Source of the DNA: Felis catus
Lineage: Eukaryota
Length of the DNA stretch: 64,000 nt
Reading direction: 5' to 3'
Assembly (NCBI RefSeq): GCF_018350175.1
Contig: NC_058368.1
Coordinates: 100,132,001-100,196,000, forward strand
The position numbers and the translations under genes are program-made. Shown here piece by piece: positions 13,049 through 25,300 of this stretch (the first letter of the stretch is position 1; each line of letters opens with the position of its first letter). The notes beneath the pieces are model-generated. The model did no database searches. It was given only the letters and a program-made list of their open reading frames with translations, and was not told where the DNA came from.

Positions 13049-13129
13049 CAGGAGGCCCGTCCACTTACTGGTGACAGGAGGCCCGCCCACTTACTGGTGA
13101 CAGGAGGCCCATCCACTTACTGGTGACAG
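13049..13129. repeat. 26-bp x3 tandem repeat spanning the LOX exon 3/intron 3 junction
   Basis: CAGGAGGCCC(GT/GC/AT)CCACTTACTGGTGA at 13049-13074, 13075-13100, 13101-13126, then CAG. Confidence 0.97.
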
Positions 13130-13258
13130 CTGTGCCACTCCCAGGAGTATCTTGGTCGGCTTGGTAAGAAATCTGACGTCCCTTGGTTTTTCACTCTTTG
13201 GGGGAATCGCAGCAACACCCTGTGATCATAATCTCTGACATCTGCCCGGTATGCTGAG
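13121..13258 (-). CDS. LOX: Lysyl oxidase coding exon 3
   Basis: cacag|C TCA GCA TAC...; [45 protein letters not shown](Q); donor CCA|gtaagt; 138 nt. Confidence 0.97.
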
Positions 13259-13703
13259 CTGTGATTTTGAAAAAGGAAGCACTTTAATTTCCACAGGATA
13301 TTAACTCAAGACAAAGTACAAGCAAAACCTTTCCAGTCTATAATGGCGACTGCCTCCCACCACCCACTAGACTGTCAGTTGCAAAAGCCCAGCACATTTT
13401 GCTTATTTTGTTTACTGCTGAATCCCCGGGTCCCAGAATGGTGCCTGGCAAGTGGCCCGATCTCAGTTGTGAATGTTTGTGGAATGAGTAAATGCATGAC
13501 AACTAGGGACATCTGCAGTTAAAAAGTGAAAAAAAAAGTAACAAAATCAGCATTAAATGTGTATGCGCGATCAGTAAATTCTGTATTTGTAATCAGTTCT
13601 TGTTGAACCACATGAATGAGTAGAAATGATTGCAAATTAAAAAAAAAAAAAAGAAAGAAAAAAAAAAGAAAAAAGTATGCCCTTATTAAGAACTTTGAAT
13701 TTT

Positions 13704-13913
13704 GGGGTACCTGGGTGGCTAAGTAGGTTAAGCGTCCGACTTTTGGTTTCTGCTCAGCTCGTGATCTCATGGTTCTTAAGTTCAAGCCCCACATCAGGCT
13801 CTATGCTGACCCCACCGAGCCTGCTTGGGATTTTCTCTCTCCCTCTCTCTCTACCCCTCCCCTGCTTGTTCTCTTTCTCAAAATAAATAAATAAACTTAA
13901 AAAAAATTTTTTT
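13704..13913 (+). mobile_element. SINEC, LOX intron 2
   Basis: SINEC head and tail; TSD AAGAACTTTGAATTT on both sides. Confidence 0.93.
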
Positions 13914-14691
13914 AAAGAACTTTGAATTTAACATTGTTTCTTCTTAAAGTGAGGAAATAATTCTAAAAGCATACACCCAGATTAGATAAATAATTTTGTA
14001 ACTTTGCTATCTGCAAAACAATGGCATGACTGTAATAATATCATAGGGAGAGCAGCGGAGTAAGTGATGCGAGACTCAGGAATGAAAATGGTAACTTTGG
14101 CTTTCTTCTCTTCCTTCCCCCTGACAGTTACAGAGGGTCAAAGTGGGAGAAAGATCCAGCTGAACAGATCAACATTACTTTGCTCCTTCTAATATATGTT
14201 GTGTGGATATATATTCAAATACTACTGAATATTTTCACTTTGCACTTGAACAGTTTTTTAATGAGACCTATCAAAACATCGTTTGCTCCCTCTGCTGGTT
14301 TCCCAGCGGCAAAGTCAGAGGATTCCATTCCCCAAATTGCTATGATTTTATTTTAGGACGGATTCAAAAACAAAGCTCTTGCTTGGGCTTATTCTGGCTG
14401 AAGTAATACCAAAACAACGAAGCTAAACTGTGGCCTTAAACAAAAGAAGAAAACCAAGCTTTGCTCTGAGGGCTGCCACACTGGCAAGTTAGTCCTCGGT
14501 TTTTTAAGGGGATATTAACAAGCTCTTCCATTACAATATTTTTTTCCACGTTATTGTACAGTTCTTTAGCTCCAAAGTATGAGGATCTTGGAAAAAGATC
14601 ATGAGATCCCAACTCTCCACCGTAAGGGTTTGCTCCACCTCCCTGATTTGTGGCAGAGTTTGAAAGACAGAAGAACCCACAGACATCTTCA

Positions 14692-14985
<294 letters not shown>

Positions 14986-15350
14986 TCACCAGGCGATTGG
15001 GGGGGGGGGGGCGGGGGAGAGGTAGCATTGAGACAACCCAGCCCCCCACCGCCACCCCCTGGCTTTGGCTTTGGGTCCCTCCATGTCCCTTACCCTTCAC
15101 CCTTCACCCTTCACCCAACCGGGCTGCGGGTAGCAGGAGAACGGGACGCCCTGGGCTGCAAAGCAAAGTGGAAAGAAAGCAGGAGGGGCCGGGAGTGCGG
15201 TTTGCACCAGATTCCAGGGCTGCCTCTGCAGGCGCAGGGGGAGGGATCGGATCTGCGGGACTCAGGCCTGCCGCGCCCAGGCAGCCACGTCGGGGAGCCA
15301 GAATTGGGGAAGGGGTGCCCGGCTGCTTCGGGCGACTTGGGGGTGCTTAC

Positions 15351-15975
15351 CGTACTGGAAGTAGCCAGTACCGTATCCGGGCCGGTACCTGCTCCCAGGT
15401 CGGGGCCTTTCGTACGTGTCGTAGTAGTTGTAATAAGGGTTGTCGTCGGTGTACTTGTAGGGGTTGTAGGGGTCGTCGCCCACCATGCCGTCTACGCGGC
15501 TAGGCGGCCGCAGGTTACTGAGCGCCGGGCGCTCTCCTGGCTCCGTCCCATTGCCGTCGCGCGAGTCCCCAGCGTCGCGGGCCCCGGACGGCGAGTAGCC
15601 GGCTTGGAACCAGTGGCGAGCGGCCGGTCGGGGTCGGCCGGTGGCCCCCGACGAGCCCGGGGTCCGCTCCCGTGCTGCCGCCGTGCGGTTGCGAAGCAGC
15701 AGGATGGGCGTGCGCGGCTGCGGGACGGCGGCGTTGGCAGCGCCCGGGGCGGTGGCGCCCGGGTCCCTTCGGCGCTGCGGCTGGTACTGCGAGCCCAGGC
15801 TCAGCAGGCTGAACACCTGCCCGTTGTTCTCCCATTGGATCCGCTGGCGCCAGGCGGCCGGGGCCGCCGGCGGCTGGCGAGGGGGCTGTTGCTGGCCGGC
15901 GGCCGGCTGGGCGCAGCGCAGGAGCGCGCAGAGCTGCAGCGGCCCGAGCACGAGCGCGGTCCAGGCGAAGCGCAT
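15351..15975 (-). CDS. LOX: Lysyl oxidase coding exon 1 (signal peptide, propeptide, BMP1 site MVG/DDPYNP)
   Basis: Translation [21 protein letters not shown]...[17 protein letters not shown]...[16 protein letters not shown]...GTGYFQY matches mammalian LOX; ATG at 15975; donor TACG|gtaagc; 625 nt. Confidence 0.98.
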
Positions 15976-16292
15976 CGCTCCCTTTGCCCGATTGTCCCCA
16001 CTCCGGGAGGACGTAGCTCGGAGACCAGAAAAACGGGGCCCAAACGTGAGAGAGAGGGACAACTCTCCAACCGGGGAGGCGGGCGCAGCGCGGGTAACTC
16101 AGTCCCCAGCAAGCGACGCCAAGGGTGGGCTGCAGACCCTCGTCCGGTACAGGCGGCTGCCGGGACGTGGCACCCGCCCGGCTCCTCTTTCCCAGTCCTT
16201 CTTTCTGGAAGGCGACGGGGAGCGGCGCGGCGGCCCCGGCGAGCGGGCAGCGTCTGGAGTGAAGGAAGGAGGAGAGATTTTAAACTTTCTGG

Positions 16293-16436
16293 CACGTTTG
16301 CAAAGTTACACAAGCAGTTCTGGCCCGGCAGCCCCTCCGCTATTTGTTCACGTAATGCGATTGGAAACGTGCGAGGCGGACAGCTCCTCGCCTCTGCCCC
16401 TCCCTCCCCGTCCTGTCCTCCTCCCCCCAGACACGT
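16293..16436. promoter_or_regulatory. Candidate hypoxia-response elements (RCGTG) in proximal LOX promoter/5'UTR
   Basis: ACGTG cores at 16293-16297(-), 16349-16354(-, TACGTG), 16367-16371(+), 16432-16436(-); LOX is an established HIF-1 target. Confidence 0.55.
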
Positions 16437-17545
16437 TGCACAGGCAGCGTTAAGGGGAAAGAACAAAACGGAACACACATCCTGAGACACACTCGGCTTA
16501 ATCTGGGGCGAACATGCAGGAATTTCAAAAGACTCAGACAGGCGAAGGCAGCCAGGCCGTGGGGCGACGCCAAAATATGCACGAAGAAAAATGCTATTAG
16601 GTCACCAGCCCTGGAGAGGCGGGAAGTCGGGAGGTGGGGAGGGTGCTGGGGGCGAGAGAGTCGGGGAAGAGGGGGCGGGGAGGGACGATTGTGACTAACG
16701 TTTATCCATAAGGAGTTAACCAGACAAATTTCCCAATGCATACTCACTCGCTTTTATGGGAAGCGCCCTCGGCAAATAAACCCTGAGATATCAGGTTTTG
16801 TTTTTCTGTGTGTAGGTAATATGAGAAATGGGTTACAAATTTGTTTCCTACAGTGAATATTTTAATAACCAAAAGTGAAATTTTGCAGGGAACCAAGCCA
16901 TCTAACGCTGAAGGGATGAATAAACCTGTCTCTTTTTCAAAATGCGGCCTGATTTGTACTGTGAGTGGGAGTGAAGAACCATCCTTCTTCTGGACAGTGT
17001 CTCCCAGGATATTTCAGCAAAGCGAGCTATAGCACTCAGAAGGCAGCTTCAAAGAAGCATTTTATCTGACTTTTCTCCTTGTACGACTATTTAGGAGGAT
17101 TGACTTTGGAATTTATAATTAAATTACTGTTTGTTAAATGCTGAAAAGTCCCATAAAATACCCTATGGTGTTTGTTTGATCTTCCAGTGTAAACAAAGGG
17201 GGTGCTGAAGAAACAGGCTTGGGGTTCAGATTCTGGTAAGGACAAGGGAGTAGGAGTGGCCAGGCAAGAATGGGTGGAAGATGGGTTGGAGGTAAGTAAT
17301 GCACACTGGAAAGAGATGTTTCATGGAGCAGTTATTCACATAGGAGGAAGGGTTTAGGTAGTGTTGGAAGCATTCAATGAAAAAAAAAAAATCTTTAACC
17401 AGCCTGATTGAAAGCTGTGACTCAAAACCAGGCTTTAATAACCTTTTTATTGGTCTCATCATTGAGATGTTGTCTACATATACTTCATTATTCGTCTGTC
17501 ACTGTTGGTCTCTGTCTCTCTGTATTTAACCACCACATTTAAAAA

Positions 17546-17772
17546 ATTTTTTTAATGTTTATTTATTTTTGAGAGAGAGAGACAGAGCATGAGTCGGGGG
17601 GTGGGGGCGGGGAGCAGAGAGAGAGAAAGAGAGAGAGAATGAGAATCTGAAGCAGGCTCCAGGCTCTGAGCTGTCAGCACAGAGCCGGATGCAGGGCTCG
17701 AACTCACAAGCCACGAGATCATGACCTGAGTTGAAGTCAGACACTCAACCGACTGAGCCACCCAGGTGCCCC
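17546..17772 (-). mobile_element. SINEC
   Basis: Reverse SINEC; TSD-like CACCACATTT. Confidence 0.92.
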
Positions 17773-18179
17773 TAATCACCACATTTTGATGATGTGGTGG
17801 ACAGCTGCTGATTTGAATGCCTACCATCCTTCCTTCCTTCATTTATTTGTTTATTTATTTGTTTATTTATTTTCTGGTAAGAGCAACTGTATTTTCCTTT
17901 GGTAAAACTCTCCTACTCAACTGCATGGTGGGACTTACTGAGAATTCATGAGAGTTTTGCCACTTCGAGCAATGGCAGTGAGATCCGAGCTTGGCTCATC
18001 AAACCATCTCCCTACAATTGGATTATGAGCAGGGGGACACAAGGGTCAAAAATGTTGGAATTCACCCTTCCCACTACTGGAGAAAGTTTCTATGACTTCT
18101 TGCTACACAGACTGCCCTTGAGCTGTTTCAGGCCAGTACCTTCCAAGAACTGATTCTTCAGCTTTTCCTTACATTTTTC

Positions 18180-18181
<2 letters not shown>

Positions 18182-18223
<42 letters not shown>
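18182..18223 (+). repeat. (GT)n microsatellite
   Basis: About 21 GT units. Confidence 0.97.
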
Positions 18224-18225
<2 letters not shown>

Positions 18226-19997
18226 CTGTTATGACATGGTCAGAGTCAATTGCTGTTATCTGCCACTTAAGAACCATGACTGACACTGAAGGGGGTTGTG
18301 ATTGGTTCTCTCAGATAATCAGATCTCATGACTCTGCACCAAACATGATGGGTTTAGTTCTTTTTGAGTCAGGCTAGATTTGCTCTGCCCATGACTGCAC
18401 AGCATCCTTGCTTACAAAAGAGTTTCAGATGAACGCTTCCCAGTGGATTGGCAAGTCTATTGCTTATATGATAAAGGCAAAAATGCAAGTGGAAATCCCA
18501 CTGATGGCAGGTGAACAGTGCCGCATCTCTTTCTGAAAGAGACATTTTGTAGACTTTCTGCAGTGCTTAAACTATTCAATTTCTCCAACCCCCCTAAGAG
18601 AAGATGGATTAAAAAGAAGAAACAGGTGTATATAATTTGGATGGACAGGCCGAATGATGGGGGAAGCAGGAAGGGAGAGAGTATAATTTGTAATTATCTC
18701 TCATCTGCCCGTGAACAGCTTATTCCTCAGGAAAGAGTCTCGTAACTGCCAGTGGTTGACCACACATCGCTGAGGCAAGATCTTTTCTGTGAGATGTGAC
18801 CGTCGGATTGGCAGACCAGAGCAGCCCTTAATGGGAGGGTAGACAGCTTATGCTGGATGTTGAGTAAAATACTCTTGTTTCCCATCCTGGTGCTCAAATA
18901 AGAAAAGCTGTGTATCTTCGGACAGCTGATTTACTTTCTCTGGCTGTTAGTTATCTGTAGGACTCGAGGGTTAACCCAAATTCTCTCTGAAGTGTTTTTC
19001 CTAGCTTTAAAACTGCTGATTTTTGTGTGTCTAAGTAATTCCAGCAACTTTCAATTCATTCAGTATAATGTTGCATTATGATTATTAATATTTCATTAAA
19101 TTACTCCTTTAGTTGGACTTGAAAACATTGGATGTATTTTATGTGTGAGTTAGAGTCTGCAGACTATCTTCCCTTTTTATAGATTTCCCTTCACTGAAAT
19201 TCAGTATACATTTTTGTTTTACAAATATTTCTTGGACACACTTATGCTCTGAAGTGTAATATATCATAATGCTGATTTACACTCATGAATACTCAATGAA
19301 TGTCAACTGATGCACTCATTTGGAGAATTTATAGCTGAATAAGGGTCATCATTTGTTTCAAATTTGCTCTAACAGACATAAAAATTCTTATCAGTACAAG
19401 TATAAATAACTAGAGTATAACTAACTAGAACAGTAGTGGCATGCAATCTTTATTTTTGGTATTCAATATTTATTTTTATTTTCTTTAAAATACACACATA
19501 GTACTTTAGGGGAGAAGATACATTACCCTTTGTCACCCATCCTAATGAGATGTTTACTTAGTTTTCTCTCTCTTCCACTTTCTCTAAACTCTCTGTGACT
19601 TAAGACTCAGCCAGGTGAAAACAAACATATGGCTACCACATGGGGGACAATGTAAAGTGTGTGCAAGCCCTATAGGAGACAATCTAGCCACACATTGTGC
19701 TCTCTGTTCAATGACAAAACTATTTATTATTCACAAAATGGGAGAAACCACACTTCTTTCTATACACTGAAATAATAACAATAATGACAATCACAACAAC
19801 AATAACAACAACAACAATGGTAGCTACATCAAAATACCTTTAGCATTTTAGTTTTGCTAAGAGCCATATCTGATTCCACTTTGACCTTGGTACTTTCTTT
19901 TCGTAGACAGTTCTGCATATGGCATATACCATATGCAGAAGAATGTTGAAATGATACTAATCCTCTTTTTCTATTCTAGGCTATCAAAGTCAAGAAT

Positions 19998-20130
19998 TTA
20001 TTTTTTTAAGATTTCATTTTTAAGTAATCTCTACAAACAACATGGGGCTCAAACTTACAACCCTTCAATCAAGAATCGCTTGTTCTGCAATCAAGTCACT
20101 TGCTCTACTGAATGAGCCAGCCAGGTACCC
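19998..20130 (-). mobile_element. Short/older carnivore SINE
   Basis: TTTTTTAAGATTT...GGGGCTCAAACT...GAGCCAGCCAGGTACCC; TSD-like TCAAGAATTTA. Confidence 0.75.
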
Positions 20131-20570
20131 GATCAATATCAAGAATTTAAACAGAAATATTGTTTGGCCCATTGACCAAGAAGTGGAATTTGCCCTAAAG
20201 CTATGTACACCATGTTTGTTAACTGTATTTATAGTTCTGGGATAATTCATATAAATGGAAAGTAGAATTATGCAAGAAGCCCAAACCATATAACAGTGCT
20301 GTTGAATGACCAAGGCCAGAACACTAATGCTATAGTCAAAGAACTCAGGCTGAGCATTAATTCTTTTGTTTGGGGCTCAGGAAGCTCATATCAAACTTGT
20401 TCTTTGGTAAAGACGAATGCGCTTATGTGCTTTGGGGCCACATCCCTGGGAAGCACCACAGGGAATCAAATAAAGAAGGTAGGAATTTGGAGGTGTGAAG
20501 GGGAAAACAAGGAAAGAGGGAAGTATGCCGTCAACACAAGGTGGGTCTTGAGAGGTGAATAAGAGGCACA

Positions 20571-20840
20571 TTTTTTTTTTAAATATTTATCAACTAATAA
20601 TTCACAAGTATCTGATTTTTTTTTAATTTTTTTTTCAATGTTTATTTATTTTGGGGACAGAGAGAGACAGAGCATGAATGGGGGGGGGGGGGGGGGGCAG
20701 AGGGAGACACAGAATCGGAAACAGGCTCCAGGCTCTGAGCCATCAGCCCAGAGCCCGACGCAGGGCTCGAACTCCCGGACCGCGAGATCGTGACCTGGCT
20801 GAAGTCGGACGCTTAACCGACTGCGCCACCCAGGCGCCCC
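20571..20840 (-). mobile_element. Young SINEC_Fc-type insertion with extra 35-nt segment and second poly(A)
   Basis: TSD AAGAGGCACATTTTT at 20561 and 20841; non-SINE segment 20581-20615 between two T runs. Confidence 0.93.
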
Positions 20841-22759
20841 AAGAGGCACATTTTTAACAAGTAGTTCAGAAAGGGTAACGAGTGAAATCAAGAGCTAGAA
20901 ATCATTTGACCTGGAGTAAAATGGAAGAGAGTGAGTTCGCCTTAAAATTCACAGTGTGCTTGTGTTCTCTCCTCATTCTTGTCTTATGCCACATTACCAC
21001 CTCCAGGTACTCACCCAAATATAAAAAGTAGACAGTTGGTACACACTTATCTGTGTGTCAAGGCGGAACTGAAAAAAAAATCTGTAAACAGACTGAGTAG
21101 AAGAATTCCAGAAATTATGAATTTTAAATATATCTTGTTTGGTTACCCATCCCCTTGGGCCACCTAGGGAATGGAAATGTGGAACTTAACCCTAGGGAAT
21201 GGAAAAGTATTTCATTCTAGTGTCTTTCTGCATATTCATATGTGATTAAGTAAATAATGGTAGTCTTTAGAACAAAATGGAAAAACGAGAAGAGATGAAC
21301 TTATGATAGGAGAATGGCTCTTTGAAATTCACTGAACCAGAGTTCACAGTAGTTTGGTTATATTGACCACAAAAATGAGGGGTCAGCCAGTTGGCAAAAC
21401 TGCCCACGAGTGAAGTCCAAGTGATTTTACTGGGTCTGATGGACTGTCCAATGGCAAAGAAGCAACTCTTCGTCTCACCATGCAGTGTACTAGGCTCATT
21501 TCTGTTTCTAACAGAGAGCCCACCGATCTCCTCAGTCCACGTCCTGGTCTATTAGCTGCCCCTCAGCTCTTTCTGCATTCTACCGTCCTAGAACCCTGGA
21601 AGTTATTGAATTTCGTATAACCTGGGTGTGATCCTCTGAGAGGGTGGGTTAGAAGTTGGGAGGACGTTTATGCTTAACTCGGGCATCTCTTTCTTTGCCC
21701 ATCACATGCAATGATTGCAGCCGACCATGAGTCATCTCTCTGTTTTAACTTAACTCTAGGGCCCAGAAGAACAAGACAACAAATTACTAACAACCTAATA
21801 CAAATTATATGGAGGGTTTTTTTTTCCTCCCCTGCAAAGAAATAGATCTCAGAACATTTGAAAGTGTTATGCATGTTTGGAGTAGAGGCAGAGTGGAAGG
21901 AAGATTTGGTGAGGCTATGAAGGAAAAAACCTGTTTCCTGATTGTACTTGACATCAGTTTTGAGAATCATAGTTCTTTCTTTTTTTGTTATTATTAGAAT
22001 ACTCATTTAAACTATCTACTTCTCTTGATGATACAGCACCTTAAGCACAGAATCAAAGCTTTATATGTAATGGTTCTTAAAGCAGTGGGAGTCTCTTAAA
22101 GCACACCCAGTTAGTTACAGTTAGGACATTGTTGTAAACATGGTTTTTTTTGCCTTCTACCTATTTTATTTTTGTACCTTTCTGCTGTTTCATGGATCAT
22201 AGTAATTTCTTCCAGAAGGTAGCTGATAAAAAGAGAAAAACTGAAATTCATAAAGTCTTTGGGAGTAGTGTCTCCTACAGGTCATCTAATGGCCCTGGAT
22301 AGTTTTTCCACTCCTCTGGACAGTTTGACCACTCAAAGACCACTCTTTGAGGAGTGGTGAAACTGTCAGTTTATGGGACATGTGTATGGGAACCAGATAG
22401 GTTTTTCTACACTGAGCCATCTTTTATTGTCCCTGGTCTATGTAAGTTTTTGCAAGTAATTAGTACAGGGGCCTGTAACAGTGGCATATTGAAAAATATT
22501 AAATGTAGATAGTAAATATCAAGTGAAAAATCTTAAATGAATATATACATCAAAACGATCCGCAGCTAAGGAATCGCCAGTGCTAGAATGATTGAGTTGA
22601 CTACCCAGGGCCTTTCCACACTTGCTAAATTGTTCCCTAGCAGAGGAAGGAAATAATAAGGAAATATGCAATAATAAGAAAAATAAGCACCCTCTCTAAA
22701 AGGACAATACCTGTCTTCTCATTAATAAGACACATTTCTATTTCTTGTCATTAACTACG

Positions 22760-23400
22760 TTTTTGGCACAATGCATAATGCTTAAGGGCATTACCTCATT
22801 TTATCCTCACAACACCCCAGTGAAAGTAGTTGTTAATACTTTGATTTAATGGATAAAGGGCTGAATCTTAGAGAGATTAAGTAACGTGCTCCATTAAAAA
22901 CTGACAGAGCTGGACCTTGAACCCAGCTCTATCCTATGATACACATTATATGAAACTCTTACCATGTGAGGTACAAAGGAGGTAAGTATCAATTTTTTTG
23001 GGATTTTCAGTGTGTTAATTATTGGAGAAATTAGGCTTATTGAAGGTTACACGATAAGGAGATTGTGGGCAGGCCAACTAAATGAGTAGATGAGCAGTGA
23101 CTACTTACCTAGTGCCTGTAGTTAAATGGCTTTGGAATAGGTGTGACATACAAGTCAACTGGAAGGTGGCACATAGTAGAAGGAAGCTAGGTGATGGAGA
23201 CCGACAGTCCCTGGAGAAACTCTTACCTCTACTATTTACTAGTAAGTAGTTCTTGGACGAATTACTTTGTTCTGAGACTTAAGTTACTCCACCAGAAATA
23301 AAGATAGTAAGTCCTACCTTGCAGGATTGTTGTGGGGATTAAATGTAAGTGTATGGCAGAGATTCTAGCTTATAGCAGGCACTAAGTACATAATGACCAT
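22760..23400. mobile_element. MIR-like fragments
   Basis: CTCATTTTATCCTCACAACACCCC...GAGATTAAGTAAC...; CCTACCTTGCAGGATTGTTGTGGGGATTAAATG. Confidence 0.6.
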
Positions 23401-23559
23401 TGTTACTACTTGGTACTTGGGTATTCAACTTGAAAAGTCAACAAAGACTATTTGTATATAGACAATCATGCTAAAAGGCTTTCTATATATATAGAAACAG
23501 AAACAGTCTTTACTTTCTAAAGTGCCCATTTTGTTACTTCGGGGCACGAACATTCCTTG

Positions 23560-25300
23560 AAAAAATAAATTTTATTGAGATATAATTTAAATAAATTAAA
23601 ATGTATAATTTTTAAGTGTATACTTTGAAGAATTTTCACAAATGGTATGCCTTTGAAATTGGCACCACAGTCAATACACAGGTTATTCCTTATTATTTCA
23701 CAAAGTCCCCGTGAGCCCACTCCACCCTTGCCCCAGGAAACCACAGTTCTGATTTATTTTTTCCACTTAGACTAGTTTTATCTCCTCTGGAAGTACATAT
23801 GGTTGGGAATTATACAGGGGGTACCATTTTGTGTCTGTTCCTTTGCTCAGCATGTCTGTTAATTCATACATATGTTGCTCAATCAGAGGTTCATTTGTTT
23901 TTCTTAGTGAGTAGTATTTCATGCTATGAACATACAATGATTTGTTTCCCAGATCGGTATTATGAATTAAGCTGATATGAGTATTCATCTACAAATAATT
24001 CTGTGGATGTATTTTTCATTTCTTTGTGATAAATACTTAAGGGCAGAATTGCTGCAGCTTTAGAGTAGGTACATGTTTAATTTTAATTTTTTTATGTTCC
24101 TTCTGAGGAGTAAGAGTGTTTTATATATTCTGGATACAGACTTATGTGAGACGTATGTATTACAAATATTTTCTCTGTCTGTGGCTTACCTATTCATTTT
24201 CTTAATTATGTCTTTTGAAGAACAGGAGTTTGTAATTTTGATAAAATCTGGTTTACCAGTTTGTTTCTTTTGTGGTTAGTGCTTTTTATATCCTGTCAAA
24301 GAAATCTTTTTCCAGCCCAAGTTCACAAGATTTTCTTCCATGTTTTCTTCTAAAAGCTTTATGAGTTAACTTTATCTGTAGGTCTGTGAGCCATTTAGAA
24401 ATATTTGGGTGATATAGTATGAGATAGGAGTTGAGGTTTATTTGTTTCCACATGGATATCCAGTTGATACAGCATTATTTTTTGAAAAGACTATTCTTTC
24501 TCTAAGAGGCCCCTTGACACCGATTTCAAAAATCAATTTGCCTTAAATGTGTAGATCTCTTTCTGGACTTCTTACTATTTTTCACTGATGTATTTACTTA
24601 TTCTTATGCTAGTACCACACTGTCTTGATTATCATAGATAGTAAGTCTTGCAATTAAGTAGTGAAAGTCCTCCAATTTTATCATTTTTTTCTAAAAATAT
24701 TCTGAGTGTTGTAGGTTCTTTGCATTTCTACTTGCACTTCAGAAACAGCCTGTCAGTTTCCACCTAAAATACTGCTGAAATTTTGACTGAGGTTGCATTG
24801 AATCTATAGATCAGTTTGGGGACCATTTATATTTAAATAACATGAGTTTTCCAGCGCTGCCTGGGTGGCTTGTTTGGTTGAGCATCCAACTCTTGATTTC
24901 AGCTCAGGTCATGATCTCACAGTTTCATGAGTTCAAGTTTTTGCATCAGTCTCTTCACATTGATAGTGTGCGTGGAGCCTGTTTGGGATTCTCCCTCTCT
25001 TCCTCTCTCTCTGCCCCTCCCCCAATTATGCTCTCTGTGTCTCTCTCTCTCAAAATAAATAAATAAAATTTCCAATCCATGAACATGGTATATCACTCCA
25101 CTTATTCAGGTCTTCTTTAATTTCTTTCAGCACTGTTTTGTAATGTTCAGTATAAAAGCTACATGTCTTTTGTTTTAAATTTATTCCTAAGTATTTTATG
25201 TGTGTTGAGGTTATTGTAACTGAAAATATTTAAATTTAATTTTCTTGTTGTTTGTTGCTAGTTTATAGTAATACAACTGATTTTATAAGTTGATTTTTTA
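23560..25300 (-). mobile_element. Old LINE-1 (L1M-type) fragment interrupted by a SINEC at ~24853-25068
   Basis: Antisense L1 ORF2/3' motifs (TATATTCTGGATA, TTGAAAAGACTATTCTTTC, GTTGCATTGAATCTATAGATCAGTTTGGGG). Confidence 0.85.

Noticed and set aside
13049..13129. Possible CRISPR-like direct repeats
   Set aside because: Units are contiguous with no spacers, and the context is a mammalian intron with no cas genes
15976..16062. 29-aa N-terminal extension of LOX in the ORF track
   Set aside because: Starts at a non-ATG codon; the ATG at 15975 gives the canonical signal peptide
15028..16485. 485-aa + strand ORF and other overlapping ORFs (14952-15503, 15641-16453, 15801-16490)
   Set aside because: Stop-poor shadow frames of the GC-rich CpG island and LOX exon 1; the 485-aa frame starts at TTG; low-complexity G/R/A/P composition with no recognisable domain
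21163..21206. Direct repeat CCTAGGGAATGGAAA x2
   Set aside because: Simple local duplication with no supporting context
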